Counted from the first letter of the stretch, positions 1 through 11,868 are shown. The stretch is 64,000 nt of DNA from Escherichia coli (GCF_017348835.2 NZ_CP071375.1); one strand, 5' to 3'. Notes: a model not told the origin generated them from the letters alone. A program made the numbers and translations.

Positions 1-527
1 GTCTGATGCAAATGGCTGAACGCTTTAAGATGCCAATCATCACCTTTATCGACACCCCGGGGGCTTATCCGGGCGTGGGCGCAGAAGAACGCGGTCAGTC
101 TGAAGCTATTGCACGCAACCTGCGTGAAATGTCTCGCCTCGGTGTACCGGTAGTTTGTACGGTTATCGGTGAAGGTGGTTCTGGCGGCGCGCTGGCGATT
201 GGCGTGGGCGATAAAGTGAATATGCTGCAATACAGCACCTATTCCGTTATCTCGCCGGAAGGTTGTGCGTCCATTCTGTGGAAGAGCGCCGACAAAGCAC
301 CGCTGGCAGCTGAAGCGATGGGTATCATCGCTCCGCGTCTGAAAGAACTAAAACTGATCGACTCCATCATCCCGGAACCGCTGGGTGGTGCTCACCGTAA
401 CCCGGAAGCGATGGCGGCATCGTTGAAAGCGCAACTGCTGGCGGATCTGGCCGATCTCGACGTGTTAAGCACTGAAGATTTAAAAAATCGTCGTTATCAG
501 CGCCTGATGAGCTACGGTTACGCGTAA
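1..527 (+). CDS. accA: Acetyl-CoA carboxylase carboxyltransferase alpha subunit, C-terminal part (gene starts upstream of window)
   Basis: ORF 6..527 translation matches AccA C-terminus as recalled; frame is open to the window edge. Confidence 0.9.
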
Positions 528-544
528 TTCGCAAAAGTTCTGAA

Positions 545-572
545 AAAGGGTCACTTCGGTGGCCCTTTTTTA
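545..572 (+). terminator. Rho-independent terminator after accA
   Basis: GC stem aaagggtcac...gtggccc followed by a T-run. Confidence 0.5.
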
Positions 573-625
573 TCGCCACGGTTTGAGCAGGCTATGATTA
601 AGGAAGGATTTTCCAGGAGGAACAC

Positions 626-2767
626 ATGAACATCATTGCCATTATGGGACCGCATGGCGTCTTTTATAAAGATGAGCCCATCAAAGAACTGGAGTCGGCG
701 CTGGTGGCGCAAGGCTTTCAGATTATCTGGCCACAAAACAGCGTTGATTTGCTGAAGTTTATCGAACATAACCCACGAATTTGCGGCGTGATTTTTGACT
801 GGGATGAGTACAGTCTCGATTTATGTAGCGATATCAATCAGCTTAATGAATATCTCCCGCTTTATGCCTTCATCAACACCCACTCGACGATGGATGTCAG
901 CGTGCAGGATATGCGGATGGCGCTCTGGTTTTTTGAATATGCGCTGGGGCAGGCGGAAGATATCGCTATTCGTATGCGTCAGTACACCAACGAATATCTT
1001 GATAACATTACCCCACCGTTCACGAAAGCCTTGTTTACCTACGTCAAAGAGCGGAAGTACACCTTTTGTACGCCGGGTCATATGGGCGGCACCGCATATC
1101 AAAAAAGCCCGGTTGGCTGTCTGTTTTATGATTTTTTCGGCGGGAATACCCTTAAGGCTGATGTCTCTATTTCGGTCACCGAGCTTGGTTCGTTGCTCGA
1201 CCACACCGGGCCACATCTGGAAGCGGAAGAGTACATCGCGCGGACTTTTGGCGCGGAACAGAGTTATATCGTTACCAACGGAACATCGACGTCGAACAAA
1301 ATTGTGGGTATGTACGCCGCGCCATCCGGCAGCACGCTGTTGATCGACCGCAATTGTCATAAATCGCTGGCGCATCTGTTGATGATGAACGATGTAGTGC
1401 CAGTCTGGCTGAAACCGACGCGTAATGCGTTGGGGATTCTTGGTGGGATCCCGCGCCGTGAATTTACTCGCGACAGCATCGAAGAGAAAGTCGCTGCCAC
1501 CACGCAGGCACAATGGCCGGTTCATGCGGTGATCACCAACTCCACCTATGATGGCTTGCTCTACAACACCGACTGGATCAAACAGACGCTGGATGTCCCC
1601 TCGATCCACTTCGATTCCGCCTGGGTGCCGTACACCCATTTTCATCCGATCTACCAGGGTAAAAGTGGTATGAGCGGCGAGCGTGTTGCGGGACAAGTGA
1701 TCTTCGAAACGCAATCGACCCACAAAATGCTGGCGGCGTTATCGCAGGCTTCGCTGATCCACATTAAAGGCGAGTATGACGAAGAGGCCTTTAACGAAGC
1801 CTTTATGATGCATACCACCACCTCGCCCAGTTATCCCATTGTTGCTTCGGTTGAGACGGCGGCGGCGATGCTGCGTGGTAATCCGGGCAAACGGCTGATT
1901 AATCGTTCAGTAGAACGAGCTCTGCATTTTCGCAAAGAGGTCCAGCGGTTGCGGGAAGAGTCTGACGGTTGGTTTTTCGATATCTGGCAACCGCCGCAGG
2001 TGGATGAAGCCGAATGCTGGCCCGTTGCGCCTGGCGAACAGTGGCACGGCTTTAACGATGCGGATGCCGATCATATGTTTCTCGATCCGGTTAAAGTCAC
2101 TATTTTGACACCGGGGATGGACGAACAGGGCAATATGAGTGAGGAGGGGATCCCGGCGGCGCTGGTGGCAAAATTCCTCGACGAACGTGGGATCGTAGTA
2201 GAGAAAACCGGCCCTTATAACCTGCTGTTTCTCTTTAGTATTGGCATTGATAAAACCAAAGCAATGGGATTATTGCGTGGGCTGACGGAATTTAAGCGCT
2301 CTTACGATCTCAACCTGCGGATCAAAAATATGCTACCCGATCTCTATGCTGAAGATCCCGATTTCTACCTCAATATGCGTATTCAGGATCTGGCGCAAGG
2401 GATCCATAAGCTGATTCGTAAACACGATCTTCCCGGTTTGATGTTGCGGGCATTCGATACTTTGCCGGAAATGATCATGACGCCACATCAGGCATGGCAG
2501 AGACAGATTAAAGGTGAAGTAGAAACCATTGCGCTGGAACAACTGGTCGGTAGAGTATCGGCAAATATGATCCTGCCTTATCCACCGGGCGTACCGCTGT
2601 TGATGCCTGGAGAAATGCTGACCAAAGAGAGCCGCACAGTACTCGATTTTCTACTGATGCTTTGTTCCGTAGGGCAACATTACCCCGGTTTTGAAACGGA
2701 TATTCACGGCGCGAAACAGGACGAAGACGGCGTTTACCGCGTACGAGTCCTAAAAATGGCGGGATAA
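626..2767 (+). CDS. ldcC: Lysine decarboxylase, constitutive
   Basis: 713 aa ORF with RBS aggagg upstream; fold-type I PLP decarboxylase sequence; position after accA. Confidence 0.9.
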   Translation: MNIIAIMGPHGVFYKDEPIKELESALVAQGFQIIWPQNSVDLLKFIEHNPRICGVIFDWDEYSLDLCSDINQLNEYLPLYAFINTHSTMDVSVQDMRMALWFFEYALGQAEDIAIRMRQYTNEYLDNITPPFTKALFTYVKERKYTFCTPGHMGGTAYQKSPVGCLFYDFFGGNTLKADVSISVTELGSLLDHTGPHLEAEEYIARTFGAEQSYIVTNGTSTSNKIVGMYAAPSGSTLLIDRNCHKSLAHLLMMNDVVPVWLKPTRNALGILGGIPRREFTRDSIEEKVAATTQAQWPVHAVITNSTYDGLLYNTDWIKQTLDVPSIHFDSAWVPYTHFHPIYQGKSGMSGERVAGQVIFETQSTHKMLAALSQASLIHIKGEYDEEAFNEAFMMHTTTSPSYPIVASVETAAAMLRGNPGKRLINRSVERALHFRKEVQRLREESDGWFFDIWQPPQVDEAECWPVAPGEQWHGFNDADADHMFLDPVKVTILTPGMDEQGNMSEEGIPAALVAKFLDERGIVVEKTGPYNLLFLFSIGIDKTKAMGLLRGLTEFKRSYDLNLRIKNMLPDLYAEDPDFYLNMRIQDLAQGIHKLIRKHDLPGLMLRAFDTLPEMIMTPHQAWQRQIKGEVETIALEQLVGRVSANMILPYPPGVPLLMPGEMLTKESRTVLDFLLMLCSVGQHYPGFETDIHGAKQDEDGVYRVRVLKMAG

Positions 2768-2823
2768 CTTGCCAGAGCGGCTTCCGGGCGAGTAACGTGC
2801 TGTTAACAAATAAAGGAGACGTT

Positions 2824-3213
2824 ATGCTGGGTTTAAAACAGGTTCACCATATTGCGATTATTGCGACGGATTATGCGGTGAGCAAAGCTTTCTACTGCGA
2901 TATTCTTGGTTTCACGCTGCAAAGCGAAGTCTATCGCGAAGCGCGCGACTCGTGGAAAGGGGATTTGGCGCTTAATGGGCAATATGTGATTGAGCTTTTC
3001 TCATTTCCGTTCCCGCCGGAGCGCCCCAGCCGACCGGAAGCTTGCGGCCTGCGTCATCTGGCTTTTAGCGTTGATGATATCGATGCGGCAGTGGCGCACC
3101 TTGAAAGCCATAACGTGAAGTGTGAAGCCATCCGTGTCGATCCATACACGCAAAAACGCTTCACGTTCTTTAACGATCCGGACGGGCTGCCGTTGGAACT
3201 GTATGAGCAGTAA
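2824..3213 (+). CDS. yaeR: VOC / glyoxalase-family protein YaeR
   Basis: ORF 2797..3213; likely start at internal Met 2824 (MLGLKQVHH); conserved synteny. Confidence 0.75.
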   Translation: MLGLKQVHHIAIIATDYAVSKAFYCDILGFTLQSEVYREARDSWKGDLALNGQYVIELFSFPFPPERPSRPEACGLRHLAFSVDDIDAAVAHLESHNVKCEAIRVDPYTQKRFTFFNDPDGLPLELYEQ

Positions 3214-3277
3214 GGCTTGTCATCGCCGCATTTGCCCGGTAACGTGCCGGGCATTGCTACTGTAAAATCGCACCATC

Positions 3278-4573
3278 ATGACACTCACGCTCAATAGACA
3301 ACTTCTCACCTCACGCCAGATTCTGGTGGCCTTTAGCGGCGGGCTTGACTCCACCGTTCTGCTGCATCAGTTGGTGCAGTGGCGGGCGGAAAATCCGGGC
3401 GTCACTCTGCGCGCTATTCATGTGCATCACGGTTTAAGTGCCAATGCCGATGCCTGGGTTAGGCATTGCGAGAACATCTGCCAACAGTGGCAGGTGCCGC
3501 TGGTGGTCGAGCGCGTGCAACTTGCGCAAGAAGGACTGGGCATTGAGGCCCAGGCGCGGCAGGCGCGTTATCAGGCATTTGCCCGCACCTTGTTGCCCGG
3601 TGAAGTGCTGGTCACCGCGCAACATCTCGACGATCAATGTGAAACTTTTCTGCTGGCGCTAAAACGCGGTAGCGGCCCTGCCGGGCTTTCGGCTATGGCG
3701 GAAGTTTCGGAGTTTGCCGGAACACGGCTTATCCGCCCGTTGCTTGCCCGCACGCGGGGGGAACTGGCGCAGTGGGCATTGGCGCATGGTTTACGCTGGA
3801 TTGAAGACGAAAGTAATCAGGACGACTCATACGATCGTAACTTTCTGCGCCTGCGCGTAGTGCCGTTATTGCAGCAGCGTTGGCCGCATTTTGCCGAAGC
3901 AACAGCCCGCAGCGCCGCACTTTGCGCTGAACAAGAGAGCCTGTTGGATGAACTGCTGGCGGATGATTTAGCACACTGTCAATCGCCGCAGAGGACGCTG
4001 CAGATTGCGCCAATGCTGGCGATGAGTGATGCCCGCCGCGCGGCGATTATCCGCCGCTGGCTTGCAGGGCAGAATGCACCGATGCCTTCCCGCGACGCGT
4101 TGGGGCGGATCTGGCAGGAAGTGGCGCTGGCGCGGGAAGATGCCTCCCCCTGTTTACGTTTGGGCGCGTTTGAAATCCGACGCTATCAGTCGCAACTGTG
4201 GTGGATTAAATCCGTCACCGGGCAAAGCGAAAACATTGTGCCGTGGCAGACGTGGCTTCAACCGCTGGAATTACCGGCGGGGCTGGGAAGTGTACAGCTT
4301 AATGCGGGAGGCGATATTCGCCCTCCGCGTGCAGACGAAGCGGTCAGCGTGCGTTTCAAAGCGCCAGGATTGCTGCATATTGTCGGGCGTAACGGCGGAC
4401 GTAAGCTAAAGAAAATCTGGCAAGAGCTGGGCGTGCCGCCGTGGCTACGTGACACCACGCCACTGCTGTTTTATGGCGAAACGCTGATTGCGGCGGCAGG
4501 GGTATTTGTGACGCAAGAAGGTGTGGCTGAAGGTGAGAATGGCATAAGTTTTGTCTGGCAGCGAAACGCTTAG
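3278..4573 (+). CDS. tilS: tRNA(Ile)-lysidine synthetase
   Basis: 431 aa ORF; PP-loop motif SGGLDS near the N-terminus. Confidence 0.9.
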   Translation: MTLTLNRQLLTSRQILVAFSGGLDSTVLLHQLVQWRAENPGVTLRAIHVHHGLSANADAWVRHCENICQQWQVPLVVERVQLAQEGLGIEAQARQARYQAFARTLLPGEVLVTAQHLDDQCETFLLALKRGSGPAGLSAMAEVSEFAGTRLIRPLLARTRGELAQWALAHGLRWIEDESNQDDSYDRNFLRLRVVPLLQQRWPHFAEATARSAALCAEQESLLDELLADDLAHCQSPQRTLQIAPMLAMSDARRAAIIRRWLAGQNAPMPSRDALGRIWQEVALAREDASPCLRLGAFEIRRYQSQLWWIKSVTGQSENIVPWQTWLQPLELPAGLGSVQLNAGGDIRPPRADEAVSVRFKAPGLLHIVGRNGGRKLKKIWQELGVPPWLRDTTPLLFYGETLIAAAGVFVTQEGVAEGENGISFVWQRNA

Positions 4574-4625
4574 TTAAGTGAAGGCCGGATATGACGCATT
4601 AAGCGTCGCATCCGGCGAAAGTCAA

Positions 4626-4886
4626 TCAGGACTCGCTCACCACCACCGTACCGATTTCCGGGTGGCTAAAGCTGGTAATTTTATCCAGACGTAGCTCACG
4701 GGTTTCGCCAGCGGCCTCGACGACCAGATACTCCACATTTTTGCGGGAGACTAAATCGCTGGCTTTTGCCTGCAATTTTTCGCCATCTTTCAGCTCAAGT
4801 GTCAGCATTAAATGATGCTGGCAGGCGAGCTCAAGATTATCGTAATCATCACAATTGATTGGTTGATACGTATCATTCATTGACAT
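4626..4886 (-). CDS. rof: Rho-binding antiterminator Rof
   Basis: 86 aa ORF matches Rof as recalled. Confidence 0.85.
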
Positions 4887-5073
4887 AATCGCTCACCAGT
4901 AAGTTTGCCGCAGCGTATGCTGCTTTTTCCCTGACAGCCTCAGAAAGGGCGTCGTCGGCAGCCATTTCATTCAGCACTTTCAAAACGCAGCCCAGCGCGT
5001 CCGGAACGTATCCTAAGTCTCCGCTGGCGATTTCCGCGTACCGCTTGCGTATTAACTCACAATATTTTTCCAC
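4873..5073 (-). CDS. yaeP: UPF0253 small protein YaeP
   Basis: ORF 4873..5091; probable GTG start at 5073 gives the 66 aa product. Confidence 0.7.
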
Positions 5074-5238
5074 ATGCCCTCCTGTCAGCACTCTGACTTA
5101 ACCGTGGATGCAAGTCTAAGCCTACGAAGATAAACTCTGTTTCGCAAGGTGACTATACCACACTCATTTCTGCAATATCAGCGCCGCAACTGCACGTATT
5201 CCGTTACAATGGCCTCCTGATTCGAAAGGAGTTTTCTT

Positions 5239-5784
5239 ATGGCGCTTAAAGCGACAATTTATAAAGCGACGGTTAATGTGGCCGATCTCGACCGCAACCA
5301 GTTTCTCGATGCCTCTCTGACGCTGGCGCGCCACCCTTCAGAAACCCAGGAGCGTATGATGCTGCGCTTGCTGGCGTGGCTGAAATATGCTGATGAACGT
5401 CTGCAATTTACCCGTGGTTTGTGTGCCGATGATGAGCCGGAAGCGTGGCTGCGTAACGATCACCTGGGCATTGATTTGTGGATTGAGCTGGGGCTGCCGG
5501 ATGAGCGGCGGATTAAGAAAGCCTGCACCCAGGCCGCAGAAGTGGCGCTGTTTACCTATAATAGTCGGGCGGCGCAAATCTGGTGGCAGCAAAATCAGAG
5601 CAAATGTGTGCAGTTTGCCAATCTTTCCGTCTGGTATCTGGACGATGAACAACTGGCGAAAGTAAGCGCCTTTGCCGATCGTACCATGACGCTGCAGGCA
5701 ACGATTCAGGATGGCGTGATCTGGTTATCGGATGATAAGAATAATCTGGAAGTGAACTTAACCGCCTGGCAACAACCTTCATGA
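5239..5784 (+). CDS. yaeQ: YaeQ family protein
   Basis: 181 aa ORF; synteny. Confidence 0.8.
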   Translation: MALKATIYKATVNVADLDRNQFLDASLTLARHPSETQERMMLRLLAWLKYADERLQFTRGLCADDEPEAWLRNDHLGIDLWIELGLPDERRIKKACTQAAEVALFTYNSRAAQIWWQQNQSKCVQFANLSVWYLDDEQLAKVSAFADRTMTLQATIQDGVIWLSDDKNNLEVNLTAWQQPS

Positions 5785-6203
5785 TTGTGATTTCCCGACA
5801 TGTTGCTATTCCCGATGGTGAGCTTGAGATCACCGCCATTCGTGCGCAGGGCGCGGGCGGGCAGCATGTTAATAAGACCTCAACGGCTATTCATCTGCGT
5901 TTTGACATTCGGGCGTCCAGCCTGCCAGAGTATTACAAAGAGCGTCTGCTCGCCGCCAGCCATCATTTGATCAGCAGTGATGGCGTGATTGTCATTAAGG
6001 CACAGGAATACCGCAGTCAGGAACTGAACCGCGAAGCAGCTCTGGCCCGGCTGGTGGCTGTGATTAAAGAATTAACAACAGAACAAAAAGCCCGACGACC
6101 CACGCGGCCCACCCGTGCATCGAAAGAGCGCAGGCTGGCATCGAAAGCACAAAAATCAAGCGTGAAGGCGATGCGCGGCAAAGTGCGCAGCGGTCGGGAA
6201 TAA
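5781..6203 (+). CDS. arfB: Alternative ribosome-rescue factor / peptidyl-tRNA hydrolase ArfB
   Basis: 140 aa ORF with GGQ motif ([10 protein letters not shown]) and basic C-terminal tail. Confidence 0.85.
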   Translation: MIVISRHVAIPDGELEITAIRAQGAGGQHVNKTSTAIHLRFDIRASSLPEYYKERLLAASHHLISSDGVIVIKAQEYRSQELNREAALARLVAVIKELTTEQKARRPTRPTRASKERRLASKAQKSSVKAMRGKVRSGRE

Positions 6204-6216
6204 AAAGAAGGAATGG

Positions 6217-6927
6217 ATGGTGAAAAAAGCGATAGTGACAGCGATGGCTGTAATCAGCCTCTTTACTCTGATGGGTTGTAATAATCGGGCCGAAGTCGAT
6301 ACGCTTTCTCCGGCGCAGGCAGCCGAACTGAAACCGATGCCGCAAAGTTGGCGCGGCGTGCTGCCGTGTGCCGATTGCGAAGGAATCGAAACCTCTCTGT
6401 TCCTCGAAAAAGACGGAACATGGGTGATGAATGAGCGTTATCTCGGTGCTCGTGAAGAACCTTCCTCCTTCGCTTCCTACGGTACATGGGCGCGAACCGC
6501 TGACAAGCTGGTATTAACCGACAGCAAAGGTGAAAAGTCATATTATCGGGCGAAAGGCGATGCGCTGGAGATGCTCGATCGTGAAGGTAAACCGATTGAA
6601 TCGCAGTTCAACTATACGCTGGAAGCGGCACAATCCAGTTTACCCATGACGCCGATGACTCTGCGGGGCATGTATTTTTATATGGCTGATGCGGCGACCT
6701 TCACTGATTGCGCGACCGGAAAACGTTTCATGGTAGCGAATAACGCAGAGCTGGAGCGTGGCTACCTGGCTGCGCGCGGGCACAGTGAAAAACCGGTGTT
6801 ACTGTCAGTAGAAGGTCACTTTACGCTTGAGGCTAATCCGGATACCGGTGCGCCGACCAAAGTATTAGCGCCCGATACGGCGGGTAAATTTTATCCGAAC
6901 CAGGATTGCAGTAGTTTGGGGCAGTAA
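6217..6927 (+). CDS. nlpE: Outer-membrane lipoprotein NlpE (Cpx activation)
   Basis: Lipoprotein signal with lipobox LMGC; CxxC motif CADCEG. Confidence 0.85.
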   Translation: MVKKAIVTAMAVISLFTLMGCNNRAEVDTLSPAQAAELKPMPQSWRGVLPCADCEGIETSLFLEKDGTWVMNERYLGAREEPSSFASYGTWARTADKLVLTDSKGEKSYYRAKGDALEMLDREGKPIESQFNYTLEAAQSSLPMTPMTLRGMYFYMADAATFTDCATGKRFMVANNAELERGYLAARGHSEKPVLLSVEGHFTLEANPDTGAPTKVLAPDTAGKFYPNQDCSSLGQ

Positions 6928-6939
6928 ACCTGCTTAAGG

Positions 6940-7070
6940 CAGAAACAAACGCAAAATTGCCTGATGCGCTGCGCTTATCAGGCCTACAGCATATAATGCA
7001 ACATTTTGAATTAGCACGATTTTGTAGGCCGGATAAGGCGTTCACGCCGCATCCGGCATTTTGTGCACGA
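6940..7070. repeat. REP / BIME palindromic elements
   Basis: gccggatgcggcgtgaacgccttatccggcctac-type palindromes. Confidence 0.5.
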
Positions 7071-7081
7071 GGCTGGCTTTA

Positions 7082-7915
7082 TCACTGAGTCAAACCAACA
7101 AAGCGACCCGCCTTGATATAAATCCCTGGCTTCAGGTGCCCAACATACTGTAACTGCGTTTCTGGCTTAAACGCAGAGACATCACCAATACGCATATGCA
7201 TCAGATCGGCAGGGCTAATCCAGCCCGATTGCGCCAGCGTAAGCGGATGCCCGGCTTTGGCAAATGCATCAGTGACAAATTCCGAACAAAACCACGACTT
7301 TTTGTCTCCTTCGCCCACACTGCTTAACTGCGCTTTCGCCAGGCCGCTGACGCACTGTTGGCGAAAATCCTCGGAGAACGGATTCAGTGAGCACATCTGG
7401 CGAGTCACCATAAAGGGAATAAATTCGACAATGCCGCGATAGTTGTAACCGCTATCTTTAATTTTGTTGGCGAACGCGGTGATTTCTGTGGCTTGTTGCG
7501 GGGTAAGATCCGGGACTCGTAAGACGAAAAGCTTATCGCTATGCTTCATCGCTTTTTTAAGGGAAACAATCTGGACGCCAGCCCCTGTCGCTTCTGCAAC
7601 GTTGTTATCACCCAGATAGATTGCAACGTGACTCACTGAGGAAGTGCTGAAGACGCGGATACCAAATGAGGTTACCCCAAGACTTGAGGAGAACAGCAAA
7701 TCGCCGGGTTTGAGGTCAGGTTCTGTTATTTCTTTTATTGATTGTTCGGTGAAAGAGCTTTGATGCTGGAATTTGACAGCCCATGTTTTCGTCTCGGTAT
7801 CTATCGCTGTGGCTGAGGAGTCTGGCTGGCTGATATCAACGGTACAGGCCGAAAGTAAAAGAAAGCAGGGGAGAAGCAGGCGGCAGTATGCCTTTGGTTT
7901 ATCCATTTTATACAA
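7082..7915 (-). CDS. yaeF: Lipoprotein YaeF (NlpC/P60-like)
   Basis: 277 aa ORF with N-terminal lipoprotein signal (LLSAC). Confidence 0.7.
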   Translation of the reverse strand: MYKMDKPKAYCRLLLPCFLLLSACTVDISQPDSSATAIDTETKTWAVKFQHQSSFTEQSIKEITEPDLKPGDLLFSSSLGVTSFGIRVFSTSSVSHVAIYLGDNNVAEATGAGVQIVSLKKAMKHSDKLFVLRVPDLTPQQATEITAFANKIKDSGYNYRGIVEFIPFMVTRQMCSLNPFSEDFRQQCVSGLAKAQLSSVGEGDKKSWFCSEFVTDAFAKAGHPLTLAQSGWISPADLMHMRIGDVSAFKPETQLQYVGHLKPGIYIKAGRFVGLTQ

Positions 7916-7920
7916 TCCCT

Positions 7921-7952
7921 GTAAAAAAGGGTCCTGAAATTCAGGACCCTTT
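7921..7952 (-). terminator. Rho-independent terminator downstream of proS
   Basis: Palindrome aaagggtcctgaa.ttcaggaccctttc. Confidence 0.5.
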
Positions 7953-7958
7953 CTGGCA

Positions 7959-9677
7959 TCAGCCTTTAATCTGTTTCACCAGATAATCGACGATGTCACC
8001 GGTCTTAATTAACTGTTTCTCGCCGTTACGACGGTATTTGTATTCGATATCGTCGTTGTCGAGGTTACGGTCGCCCAGCACAATAGTGTGCGGAATACCG
8101 ATCAGTTCCATATCAGCAAACATCACGCCCGGACGCTCTTTGCGGTCATCCAGCAGGACTTCGATACCTTGTGCACGCAGTTCGCTGTACAGCTTCTCGG
8201 CCAGCTCTTGTACACGGAAGGACTTGTGCATATTCATAGGCAGAATCGCTACCTGGAACGGTGCGATCGCGTCAGGCCATACGATGCCGCGTTCGTCGTA
8301 GTTCTGCTCAATTGCTGCAGCTACTACGCGCGTTACGCCGATACCGTAGCAACCCATAGTCAGGATTTGGTTACGGCCATCTTCACCCTGTACGGAGGCT
8401 TTCAGTGCTTCGGAGTACTTGGTACCCAGCTGGAAGATGTGACCGACTTCGATACCACGTTTGATCAGCAGCGTACCCTGACCATCCGGGCTTGGATCGC
8501 CCGCCACCACGTTGCGGATATCAGCAATTTCTGGGGTAGCGACATCGCGATCCCAGTTGATACCGAAGTAGTGTTTACCATCGATGTTAGCACCAGCAGC
8601 GAAATCACTCATCGCCGCAACGGTACGGTCAATCACCACCGGAATCGGCATGTTTACTGGACCCAGTGAACCCGGACCGGCTTTAACCACGGCACGAATT
8701 TCTTCTTCGGTCGCGAAAGTCAGCGGGCTTGCAACCTGCGGCAGTTTTTCTGCTTTAACTTCGTTCAGCTCGTGATCACCGCGCACCAGCAGCGCAACCA
8801 GCGGGAAGCTACTGCCTTCAACCGCTTTAACCAGCAGAGTCTTAACCGTTTTCTTAATCGGCAGATTGAACTGTTCAACCAGTTCCGCGATGGTTTTCGC
8901 GTTCGGCGTATCAACCAGCGTCATTTCCTGGGTAGCAGCAGCGCGCGGTTCTTTCGGCGCGATAGCTTCTGCCAGTTCAATGTTCGCTGCATAGTCAGAG
9001 GTGTCGGAGAAGACCACATCGTCTTCACCGCTCTGCGCCAGCACCTGGAATTCGTGAGAGGCGCTGCCGCCGATAGAACCGGTGTCGGCCTGTACGGCGC
9101 GGAAATCCAGCCCCATGCGGCTGAAGATTTTGCTGTAGGCCGCATACATTGCATCGTAGGTTTCCTGCAGGGATTCCTGAGAAGTATGGAAAGAGTAAGC
9201 ATCTTTCATCAGGAATTCGCGGGAACGCATGACGCCGAAACGCGGACGCACTTCGTCGCGGAACTTGGTCTGGATCTGATAGAAGTTCAGCGGCAGCTGT
9301 TTGTAAGAGCTAAGCTCGTTACGAATCAGGTCAGTGATAACTTCTTCATGAGTTGGGCCGAGTACGAACGGACGCTCGCCACGGTCAACAAAACGCAGCA
9401 GTTCCGGACCGTACTGTTCCCAACGACCACTCTCTTGCCACAAATCGGCTGGCTGAACCACCGGCATCGACACCTCGATTGCACCGGCGTTGTTCATCTC
9501 TTCACGCACGATGTTTTCGACTTTTTTCAGAACGCGCACGCCGGTCGGCAGCCAGGTATATAACCCGGAGGCCAGCTTGCGGATCATCCCGGCGCGCAGC
9601 ATCAGCTGATGGCTGATCACCTCGGCGTCGGCAGGTGTCTCCTTGAGAGTGGAGAGCAGGTATTGGCTAGTACGCAT
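7959..9677 (-). CDS. proS: Prolyl-tRNA synthetase
   Basis: ORF 7959..9731; probable true start at internal Met ([13 protein letters not shown]) at 9677. Confidence 0.9.
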   Translation of the reverse strand: MRTSQYLLSTLKETPADAEVISHQLMLRAGMIRKLASGLYTWLPTGVRVLKKVENIVREEMNNAGAIEVSMPVVQPADLWQESGRWEQYGPELLRFVDRGERPFVLGPTHEEVITDLIRNELSSYKQLPLNFYQIQTKFRDEVRPRFGVMRSREFLMKDAYSFHTSQESLQETYDAMYAAYSKIFSRMGLDFRAVQADTGSIGGSASHEFQVLAQSGEDDVVFSDTSDYAANIELAEAIAPKEPRAAATQEMTLVDTPNAKTIAELVEQFNLPIKKTVKTLLVKAVEGSSFPLVALLVRGDHELNEVKAEKLPQVASPLTFATEEEIRAVVKAGPGSLGPVNMPIPVVIDRTVAAMSDFAAGANIDGKHYFGINWDRDVATPEIADIRNVVAGDPSPDGQGTLLIKRGIEVGHIFQLGTKYSEALKASVQGEDGRNQILTMGCYGIGVTRVVAAAIEQNYDERGIVWPDAIAPFQVAILPMNMHKSFRVQELAEKLYSELRAQGIEVLLDDRKERPGVMFADMELIGIPHTIVLGDRNLDNDDIEYKYRRNGEKQLIKTGDIVDYLVKQIKG

Positions 9678-9787
9678 GTTGTTACGGTTCCAGTTGGAAG
9701 GTAGAACAGGCTCAAGGCGAGCCTGGGACAAAAAAAGTGATTTAGTTTACCAGTGCAAAAGAAATGTCAAAAGAGAAGGGCGTGAAT

Positions 9788-10495
9788 TTAACGCGGTTCC
9801 AGCGCAAAGACTTCAAAACCTGCGTCGGTGACGCGCCAGCGAACGTTAAAATCATGTAGCCAGACGGCATAGGTTTTACCCGTTTCCTCACCTTTACGAT
9901 AGGCCGGGCGTGGGTCTTGCGCCAGTACTTCGCGGATAAACAGGGTTAACTGCGGATAACGCTTCTCCAGCGTCAAAAGCTGCTTTTCGACCTCTGCGGT
10001 AAAACTCACCGTCATCTCTGCCGCTGGCGCACTTTGCGCATAGCTGGCACAGGCATCGGGAAGCGATTCAGCAAAGGGGAGATACGGTTTGATATCCACT
10101 ACCGGCGTACCATCGACCAGATCCATACTGCCGAGCTTCAGAATCACGCTGTCTTTATGGCAAACAACCTCTTTCAGCTCTACCAACGACATACCAATTG
10201 GGTTAGGGCGAAAAGTGGAACGCGTAGCGAAAACACCCATTCTGGCATTACCGCCAAGACGAGGCGGACGCACAGTCGGACGCCAGCCGCCTTCCATCGT
10301 TTGATGAAAGACGAAAAGGATCCATAAATGGCTGAATGCTTCCAGGCCGCGAACGGCGTCGGCCTGGTTGTAGGGAGCAATGAGATGCAGTTCGCCGTTG
10401 GCGCTTTTTACCAGACCAGGCTGGCGCGGAACGGCGAATTTTTCTTTATAGGGCGAGCGAATAACGCCTATTTGCTCGAACTGGAAACTGCTCAT
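9788..10495 (-). CDS. tsaA: tRNA N6-threonylcarbamoyladenosine methyltransferase TsaA (YaeB)
   Basis: 235 aa ORF; synteny between proS and rcsF. Confidence 0.8.
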   Translation of the reverse strand: MSSFQFEQIGVIRSPYKEKFAVPRQPGLVKSANGELHLIAPYNQADAVRGLEAFSHLWILFVFHQTMEGGWRPTVRPPRLGGNARMGVFATRSTFRPNPIGMSLVELKEVVCHKDSVILKLGSMDLVDGTPVVDIKPYLPFAESLPDACASYAQSAPAAEMTVSFTAEVEKQLLTLEKRYPQLTLFIREVLAQDPRPAYRKGEETGKTYAVWLHDFNVRWRVTDAGFEVFALEPR

Positions 10496-10896
10496 TTCGC
10501 CGTAATGTTAAGCGCAGAGCCGATACATACAGCCTGACGATAGCAGCCCGGCGTACCGCTGGTGACTTCGCAGCTATGCAGTAATACAGCATTGGCTTTC
10601 ATTTTAGAGGCGTTGATTTGCATCCGCTTACGTGCGGTTGGAATGCTCGGCGGAGAGTCCTGATTAGAGGCCTGGCAAGAGTCGCCACTGACTTCACCGA
10701 GATCGCGGAACGGTTTGCCGACTAATTCTTCTGCATTGGTATAAATTCGGACCGGCGTGGCGCGCGGCGCTTTCGGTTTTGCAGGCTCCGCTTTCGGCTG
10801 GGGTGCAGTGCTTTGAACGGGTTCGACAGGGGATCTGCTTAACATGGAACAGCCGCTTAGCATGAGTGCTACTAAACAGATCGGTAAAGCACGCAT
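10492..10896 (-). CDS. rcsF: Outer-membrane lipoprotein RcsF
   Basis: 134 aa ORF; lipobox LSGC; Pro-rich linker; C-terminal Cys residues. Confidence 0.85.
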   Translation of the reverse strand: MRALPICLVALMLSGCSMLSRSPVEPVQSTAPQPKAEPAKPKAPRATPVRIYTNAEELVGKPFRDLGEVSGDSCQASNQDSPPSIPTARKRMQINASKMKANAVLLHSCEVTSGTPGCYRQAVCIGSALNITAK

Positions 10897-11013
10897 AGTA
10901 TTTCCTCAATGTATGATCAAAACGTCAATATTGAATCAGGAGCTTGTAAAAATGACAAGACGGGCAAGCGCCCGTCCTGAATGATATTACAAATTGTGGA
11001 AACAGCCTAAAAA

Positions 11014-11829
11014 TTACCAGCCTTTAACAGCGCCGCCGTTAAACACTTTGTTTGCTGCTTCGTAAACTTCGTCAGACTGATAAGCCTGGACGAATTTCTT
11101 CACGTTCTCGGCGTCTTTGTTATCTTCACGCGTCACGATCAGGTTTACGTACGGGGAGTCTTTATCTTCGACAAAGATACCGTCTTTCGCTGGAGTCAGG
11201 CCAATCTGGCTGGCATAGGTGGTATTGATAACTGCCAGAGCGATTTGCGCGTCGTCCAGAGAGCGAGGCAGCTGCGGTGCTTCCAGCTCAACAATTTTCA
11301 GATTTTTTGGGTTCTCAACAACATCAAGTACGGTCGGCAGCAGGCCAACGCCATCTTTCAGTTTGATCAAGCCCACTTTTTGCAGCAGCAGCAGTGAACG
11401 ACCAAGGTTAGTTGGGTCGTTTGGCACGGCAACCTGCGAACCATCCTGCAGTTCATCCAGTGATTTGATTTTCTTGGAGTAACCAGCAATCGGATAAACA
11501 AAAGTGTTGCCTACTGCGACCAGTTTGTAGCCACGATCTTTCAGTTGCTGATCAAGGTACGGTTTATGCTGGAAGGCGTTGGCGTCGATATCGCCTTTGC
11601 TCAATGCTTCGTTTGGCAGAACATAGTCGTTGAAGGTTACCAGCTCAACGTCCAGGCCATATTTGTCTTTCGCAACTTTCTGCGCGACTTCTGCAACCTG
11701 CTGTTCGGCACCAACAATCACGCCGACTTTAATGTGGTTTGGATCTTTTTCATCCTGACCGCAGCCTACCAGTGCCAGTGATCCGATCAGGGCTCCCACT
11801 GCCGCAAAGGTTTTGAATTTGAACGCCAT
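11014..11829 (-). CDS. metQ: D-methionine ABC transporter substrate-binding lipoprotein
   Basis: 271 aa ORF with lipobox LVGC. Confidence 0.9.
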   Translation of the reverse strand: MAFKFKTFAAVGALIGSLALVGCGQDEKDPNHIKVGVIVGAEQQVAEVAQKVAKDKYGLDVELVTFNDYVLPNEALSKGDIDANAFQHKPYLDQQLKDRGYKLVAVGNTFVYPIAGYSKKIKSLDELQDGSQVAVPNDPTNLGRSLLLLQKVGLIKLKDGVGLLPTVLDVVENPKNLKIVELEAPQLPRSLDDAQIALAVINTTYASQIGLTPAKDGIFVEDKDSPYVNLIVTREDNKDAENVKKFVQAYQSDEVYEAANKVFNGGAVKGW

Positions 11830-11868
11830 ACCTTATTCCTTCTTCAATTATTTATGTTGTGTTGAACG

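Noticed and set aside
795-1723. ORFs 795..1343 (+) and 821..1723 (-) overlapping ldcC
   Set aside because: Nested in or antisense to a well-supported 713 aa decarboxylase gene
8088-9616. Plus-strand ORFs 8088..8669, 8772..9563 and 9353..9616 antisense to proS
   Set aside because: Antisense to a highly conserved aminoacyl-tRNA synthetase gene; no independent signals
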